From a virus, in the UHGV virus genome UHGV-0074613: 23,589 nt of DNA; one strand, 5' to 3'. Of this stretch, positions 23,540 through 23,589 are shown one piece after another. A program made the position numbers and the translations under genes. Position 1 is the stretch's first letter, and each line of letters opens with the position of its first letter. A model generated the notes under the pieces. It had not been told where the DNA came from. It saw only the letters and a program-made list of their open reading frames with translations, and did not search any database.

Positions 23540-23589
23540 GAAGGAGGGCGGGGGAAACCCCCATAAGCGCTAACTTAAGGGTTGTGGTA

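Noticed and set aside
1-23589. IS elements, transposases or CRISPR-Cas components
   Set aside because: No transposase-like ORF, terminal inverted repeats flanking an ORF, or repeat-spacer array was seen.

Overview
The window is one contiguous lambdoid prophage segment of Enterobacteriaceae type, read from its integrase end into the first head gene. All calls rest on reading the ORF translations and the DNA by eye; no database search or folding was run, so family names are motif-level recognitions and the functional ideas are hypotheses. Order, left to right: tyrosine integrase and excisionase (50-1268, minus); a tightly packed leftward operon of nine small unknown ORFs (1301-5326, minus); an intrinsic terminator; a phage-borne tRNA-Arg(UCU) with its own terminator (5586-5741, minus); a structured, operator-bearing control region; a CI/LexA-type repressor (minus) facing a YdaS-like Cro and YdaT/CII-like regulator (plus); an O-like replication initiator with internal iterons; a nin-like region (PerC-like regulator, MT-A70 adenine methyltransferase, LexA DNA-binding-domain-only protein, RusA, frameshifted KilA-N protein, DUF968); a QuuQ-like Q antiterminator with tandem tR'-like terminators; a lysis cassette (two holin-like proteins, GH19 endolysin, overlapping spanins); small unknown ORFs and a DUF551 gene; a translationally coupled glycosyltransferase pair joined to the packaging HNH gene; a candidate cos site; TerS, TerL and a fused prohead protease-major capsid protein. 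No N-like antiterminator, Red/RecET recombination genes, helicase loader or portal gene (between TerL and capsid) is visible. The most interesting candidates are the glycosyltransferase moron beside the packaging genes, the standalone LexA DNA-binding domain, and the tRNA/terminator/hairpin stack that leftward transcription must cross without an N gene.
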